A stretch of DNA of 64,000 nt from Mytilus californianus (lineage: Eukaryota): NCBI RefSeq assembly GCF_021869535.1, contig NW_026262734.1, positions 47,554,001 to 47,618,000 of the forward strand, written 5' to 3'. The notes beneath the pieces are model-generated. The model was not told the DNA's origin. It did no database searches and saw only the letters and a program-made list of their open reading frames with translations. The position numbers and the translations under genes were made by a program. Below are positions 62,501-64,000 of this stretch, one piece after another. Numbering within the stretch: the first letter of the stretch is position 1; each line of letters opens with the position of its first letter.

Positions 62501-63637
62501 AAACATATTTATTTGAGGATAATACTTAATCAATTTCATACCAAATGGTGGCAACTGTTCAATAATACTTCTAAATATATCGGTTGATGCAGTACGCAGT
62601 TGGTAAGGTTCCTTTTTATGTCCTTTACTGCTAAAAATTGTTATTATTGACCGCATTTTTATTGTACACACAACAAATATAAAAACTTGCAGCATGGAGC
62701 AACATTCTGTGCGTTTCGTTTTGGTGTGTCTTTTTTGTGTGGCAGATAAATCAATATGGTGTTAATAAATCGTGTTTTATGTTCGGGTACTGTGCATTGT
62801 AAATTTGCAAAACTTTCCATATACGGTACTTTGGGAAAGATAACGACTAAAGGATTCAACTAGATGATTTTAAACTTTGATGCAAAGACCTATTTTGTTG
62901 ATGAAGTTGATTTTTTCGTTCAATTTGGAAAGGTCGATAATAAAAACTACGTATGACCACTAGTATGTTGCATTATTTTATAAAATTAAAAAAGATATTA
63001 TAATTGACAACTTAGAATTTATTTATTCTATGTAACCATAATTTACTGATTCAGAACAAGCTTTCATCAACTGTTTGATTAAGAATGCGTTAACGGTTTA
63101 TTTTCTCCGATATCACACTGTTTCCTTGACCCATACAGAAAAAAGTCCCTTTTCACTGAACTAGTGCACAATTTAGTTTAGGGGCCAGCTAAAAACCACC
63201 TCCAGATGCGGGATTTTCTCGTTGTGTTAAAGACCCATTGTTAGCCTTCGGCTGTTTTCTGCTCTTTGGTCGGGTTGTTGTCTCATATTCCCCATTTCCA
63301 TTCTTGATTTTATTATGATAGAGCACAGTTAGTTTGTTTTGTTTGTTTTGTTTACATTTTGTTTGCTTTAAAATAGTACATACATCATTATGTTTTTTAA
63401 CATTGATCAAACTGAATTACCAAATATTAAGATATCTGTTTAAGATATAAATTCATGTCTCCACTGACCGTGTAATGTTGCCAGATTGATATTCTGTGAA
63501 ATATATGTATTTCTTTGTCTCGTGATAGGCAATACTTCTAATATTGTACAAATCGCTTTGAACAATCACTTCAGGATTTGTTCCATCTATATTCATGAAT
63601 ATCAGCTCCTTCGAACTTGCTGCTAGCAGTTTGCGAT
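29391..63637 (-). CDS. VWDE: Multi-exon gene (21 exons in window, 5'-incomplete): VWDE-like type I membrane protein with YWTD beta-propeller, D8C, vWD, EGF and TM segments. Exons: 63469-63637, 62230-62457, 60722-60831, 59738-59989, 58092-58295, 56844-57005, 56134-56199, 55270-55544, 54853-54939, 52616-52999, 49561-49710, 48777-48989, 47925-48130, 43625-44027, 41463-41615, 37992-38178, 37157-37341, 31757-32005, 30968-31010, 30523-30631, 29391-29592
   Basis: All exons have AG/GT boundaries on the minus strand. Intron phases match at all 20 junctions, giving one open frame of 4037 nt ending in TAA at 29391-29393. Motifs: YWSN/YFTE/YFIN propeller blades, WYR...CGTIYPIWLNG (D8C), CQSHNDPHIRTFDG (vWD), CINNCSHNGIC/CECSNGYIGDDC (EGF), hydrophobic TM. 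The symbol reflects family resemblance, not proven orthology. Confidence 0.88.
30000..30420 (+). mobile_element. Diverged dispersed retro-tail repeat in the last intron
   Basis: ttttcaactggttttc...cctgccccaagtcagaagcctgttattcagtggttgtc...tcattagcattcataccacatctcctt. Confidence 0.7.
30523..30631 (-). CDS. Exon 20: transmembrane helix (SNKTIIALALSFGVIGVVACLLALLFYLKHKNSDE)
   Basis: taag acceptor, gtaagt donor, 109 nt phase 1-2; ~23 hydrophobic residues followed by basic stop-transfer KHK. Confidence 0.88.
30968..31010 (-). CDS. Exon 19: 43-nt juxtamembrane mini-exon (EVCESSIENQENNK)
   Basis: tgcag acceptor, gtaaca donor; phase 0-1, exactly what is needed to join exon 18 (phase 0) to the TM exon (phase 1). 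Confidence 0.75.
31757..32005 (-). CDS. Exon 18 (VVDNSKSY...VARKTRASS...GYEITLSNDG...IYDDGCFSCNLSMTCVSL)
   Basis: tttag acceptor, gtaact donor, 249 nt phase 0-0. Confidence 0.88.
32970..33371. mobile_element. Kolobok-like non-autonomous element (TTAA TSD)
   Basis: ttaa|ggatgt ... acatcc|ttaa (TSD 32966-69 and 33372-75). Confidence 0.7.
34330..35700 (-). pseudogene. Decayed AcademX-like DNA transposon ORF (XPG/PIN-like nuclease region) in an intron
   Basis: Minus strand remnants in the expected order: HCNHEEAGTTMIF (HEEADT motif), VLVLAVH, HTG...KDNRRFI, IRVLSGFISTSSFCEISKKSV (HALSGCDSTS/H3TH-like), KLPPCDFMFRQ...W...PCEFGW; stops and frameshifts; boundaries approximate. Confidence 0.65.
36775..37075 (+). 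mobile_element. Dispersed retro-tail repeat copy (intronic, antisense to the gene)
   Basis: tttaaccccgtcacattctgtatgtgcctgtcccaagtcaggagcctg...ctcattggcaatc. Confidence 0.8.
37157..37341 (-). CDS. Exon 17: EGF end (GCECSNGYIGDDCS...LCTTSTRAC...KIRYFK)
   Basis: gtag acceptor, gtacta donor, 185 nt phase 1-0. Confidence 0.88.
37992..38178 (-). CDS. Exon 16 (ITGDTSFLTDTISAM...LCINNCSHNGICIS), EGF start
   Basis: ctag acceptor, gtacat donor, 187 nt phase 0-1. Confidence 0.88.
40790..41230 (-). mobile_element. Dispersed retro-tail repeat copy (diverged)
   Basis: Reverse complement of family blocks: aaaactaacggcc...aaccaacgacaactactgaac...actcatcagatcgatac...ggacgtggcagggta. Confidence 0.65.
41463..41615 (-). 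CDS. Exon 15 (ISKTFRNGWTADIAYQTCQEAL...FIQSCVSDIE)
   Basis: tgtag acceptor, gtagga donor, 153 nt phase 0-0; absent from the ORF track. Confidence 0.87.
42210..42455 (+). mobile_element. Dispersed retro-tail repeat copy
   Basis: tgttacatatttgttttt...gacctatagttgttaatttctgtgtcatttggtctcttgtg...taccacatcttctt. Confidence 0.75.
42597..42805. mobile_element. MITE (~210 bp) with ~45-bp TIRs and TA duplication
   Basis: ta|ctgttgattcattaatattcgttggataccaattttcgtggat ... atccacgaaaattggtacccacgaaaataaatgaatccacag|ta. Confidence 0.8.
43625..44027 (-). CDS. Exon 14: post-vWD Cys segment, basic cluster KRKRRS and acidic linker
   Basis: ttccag acceptor, gtattg donor, 403 nt phase 2-0; C-terminal part of ORF 43574..44170. 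Confidence 0.87.
44316..45225. mobile_element. Kolobok-like non-autonomous element (TTAA TSD) with a nested retro-tail repeat (~44870-45200)
   Basis: ttaa|ggtagttctggggtata ... tataccctgaactacc|ttaa, 17-bp imperfect TIR. Confidence 0.75.
45248..45495 (+). mobile_element. pearl/MgE-like (HINE/Helentron-associated) non-autonomous element fragment
   Basis: Starts aacaagaatgtgtc, has a core with ccttgaccaaaaactttaacct, then a GACG/GACA-type tetranucleotide tract; family assignment from recall. Confidence 0.6.
45787..46670. mobile_element. Probable MITE with imperfect TIRs and internal tatgac/gtcata motifs
   Basis: Left ctggttttttgaagtatcttatga vs reverse complement of right ctggttttcgaaagtatcctaaga. 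Confidence 0.5.
47100..47617 (-). pseudogene. Decayed Penelope-like RT C-terminal fragment
   Basis: Minus strand KFGDFVGRIYPI..KDTTDTVNSASYIDLHL...FLIVNFLFLCTNIP.AYGVYIAQLLRYSWACISYHDF, with frameshifts. Confidence 0.8.
47623..47730 (+). mobile_element. tRNA-derived SINE head (not a functional tRNA)
   Basis: A-box-like tggtgtattagttag and B-box ggttcgatccc at tRNA spacing, running into non-tRNA sequence ctggagagaaaatttcaggg. Confidence 0.7.
47925..48130 (-). CDS. Exon 13: vWD domain end (ITLPTGTEINV...KGLCG...EFAKSW)
   Basis: taag acceptor, gtaatt donor, 206 nt phase 0-2; GLCG and FAxSWR motifs. Confidence 0.9.
48777..48989 (-). CDS. Exon 12: vWD domain (VHALFTNCGWTSASCNCGIAVR...RNEYT)
   Basis: acag acceptor, gtaaat donor, 213 nt phase 0-0; CNCGIAVR motif. 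Confidence 0.9.
49561..49710 (-). CDS. Exon 11: start of vWD domain (VTVIDKD...CQSHNDPHIRTFDG...GEFVLYRNDNGPYW)
   Basis: ccag acceptor, gtagga donor, 150 nt phase 0-0; DPH-x-x-TFDG and GEFVLY signature. Confidence 0.92.
49847..49936. repeat. ~90-nt imperfect hairpin with gccaaaggcg centre
   Basis: ggatatgtgagtctggataagaaaccc / gggtttcttgtctagacagccatatcc. Confidence 0.65.
52616..52999 (-). CDS. Exon 10 (PEKYEYTVIEGES...CGITFGASDWQDEK...WQSVKIPDIK)
   Basis: ttag acceptor, gttagt donor, 384 nt phase 0-0; contains ORF 52592..52900. Confidence 0.88.
53523..53580 (-). ncRNA. Inactivated hammerhead ribozyme remnant (intronic, gene-sense strand)
   Basis: Minus strand gcgtca-CTGACTA-gtctattgtagaattgttaac-AAAA-cgcgcg-TC-tggcgt: stem I and palindrome kept, both core strands mutated. 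Confidence 0.45.
54853..54939 (-). CDS. Exon 9 (VQCAVRMRYFVNSVPGPFYYSEKFKAGLF)
   Basis: tgtag acceptor, gtaagt donor, 87 nt phase 0-0. Confidence 0.87.
55270..55544 (-). CDS. Exon 8: VWDE N-terminal Ig-like region (IYPKTVVSVVVQAELLEG...FRCKF...YDIFWYING...MNME)
   Basis: gtag acceptor, gtaaat donor, 275 nt phase 1-0; within ORF 55234..55560. Confidence 0.88.
55680..55810 (-). mobile_element. 3' fragment of the Penelope-associated tail repeat
   Basis: gaatgtgtcaaagagacaacaacccga...gaaggccaccaatgggtctt, same as 25060-25140 and reverse of 63200-63310. Confidence 0.75.
56134..56199 (-). CDS. Exon 7: Cys-containing linker (SGPVVCPVGMSSETGFYPGCS)
   Basis: atag acceptor, gtaagt donor, 66 nt phase 1-1. 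Confidence 0.85.
56844..57005 (-). CDS. Exon 6: D8C domain, second half (TLPRVDDG...IEIKNCGVYFIYSLQEAPPNSSFCF)
   Basis: ctag acceptor, gtatga donor, 162 nt phase 1-1. Confidence 0.9.
58092..58295 (-). CDS. Exon 5: UMOD/GP2/OIT3-like D8C domain, first half (DCKKY...DRWYRIFSANGDQMP...HCGTIYPIWLN)
   Basis: caag acceptor, gtattt donor, 204 nt phase 1-1; WYR and CGTxxPxWLNG motifs; absent from the ORF track. Confidence 0.9.
59180..59600 (+). mobile_element. Penelope-like element 3' end (RT terminus SLRKIYGLYHKLVDRYELSLSQM plus tail)
   Basis: Plus-strand translation matches the end of the RT seen at ~47200; followed by gcttacccttccggagcacctgagatcaccccc and a T-rich tail. Confidence 0.72.
59738..59989 (-). 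CDS. Exon 4: propeller blades 5-6 (DNQDQRIYFSSSHTVGSTTYDGNDLRT...IYAFKIYEKT)
   Basis: ttttgcag acceptor, gtaagt donor, 252 nt phase 1-1; completes the DIAIDNQDQRIYF blade. Confidence 0.85.
60722..60831 (-). CDS. Exon 3: propeller blade 4 (WIYFINALNGSIFRCMVDGSDLQLFFSSWWIYDIAI)
   Basis: ttcag acceptor, gtaagt donor, 110 nt phase 2-1. Confidence 0.88.
62230..62457 (-). CDS. Exon 2: propeller blade 3 (FHFPSDDYIMEV...DYLNDYLYWSNSSDGKIIRSNLDGSD...)
   Basis: tag acceptor, gtaaat donor, 228 nt phase 2-2; overlaps ORF 62226..62429. Confidence 0.9.
63155..63310 (+). mobile_element. 3' fragment of the Penelope-associated tail repeat
   Basis: ttttcactgaactagtgcaca...gcgggattttctcg...aagacccattg...gtcgggttgttgtctc...ttcccattt. 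Confidence 0.72.
63469..63637 (-). CDS. Exon 1 in window: propeller blades 1-2 (DRKLLAASSKELIFMNIDGTNPEV...KKYIYFTEYQSGNITR)
   Basis: Acceptor cag at 63640-63638, donor gtcagt; phase 1 in, phase 2 out; YFTE variant of YWTD. Confidence 0.85.
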
Positions 63638-64000
63638 CTGCACATAAGAAAAGTCTATGAGTTTTGTTACTGCATCACTTGTGAATATTTAAAAAATACA
63701 AATATGAGGAAATTAAATAAAAAAGGATAAAGGGTTAGTAATGAATAAATTTTAGAAATACAAATAGCAATTATCTCAAATGTTCACCATAGGTCTGTTT
63801 GATTACAAAACAAAAATGGGTTGAGTATTTTACCTCAAATGACATATTTATCCAATCAAAATACTTTATGTACAAGTTGTTATTTTTTAAATCATTTGTA
63901 GACCTCCGTTTTTTTTTCACTTGTTGGAACACATTTTATTTTCAACTATTTATCAGCTTTATATCATAGATATTTATTTACTTATAAGATATAGTCTCGA

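Overview
AT-rich eukaryotic genomic DNA with spliceosomal GT-AG introns. The repeat families look like those of marine mussels (Mytilus-like bivalve; inferred from recall, not a database search). The right ~35 kb holds one minus-strand gene that I rebuilt by hand as 21 phase-compatible exons (63637 down to the stop at 29391; 4037 coding nt, ~1345 codons; 5' end outside the window). It encodes a type I membrane protein: six-bladed YWTD/LRP-like beta-propeller, UMOD/GP2/OIT3-type D8C module, VWDE-like region, vWD domain, furin-type basic site, Cys-rich/EGF region, TM helix and ~75-aa tail. The left ~29 kb has no recognisable host gene. It is a mosaic of Penelope-like RT fragments, their short dispersed tail repeats, foldback/MITE elements, Kolobok-like TTAA elements and satellites. 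The most notable non-coding item is a near-identical 539-bp tandem unit at 11.4-12.3 kb: each copy carries an intact minimal type I hammerhead ribozyme, and an inverted partial copy precedes the pair (Penelope pseudo-LTR or retrozyme architecture). A decayed AcademX-like (XPG nuclease) transposon sits in an intron. Most short ORFs in the supplied track are spurious.
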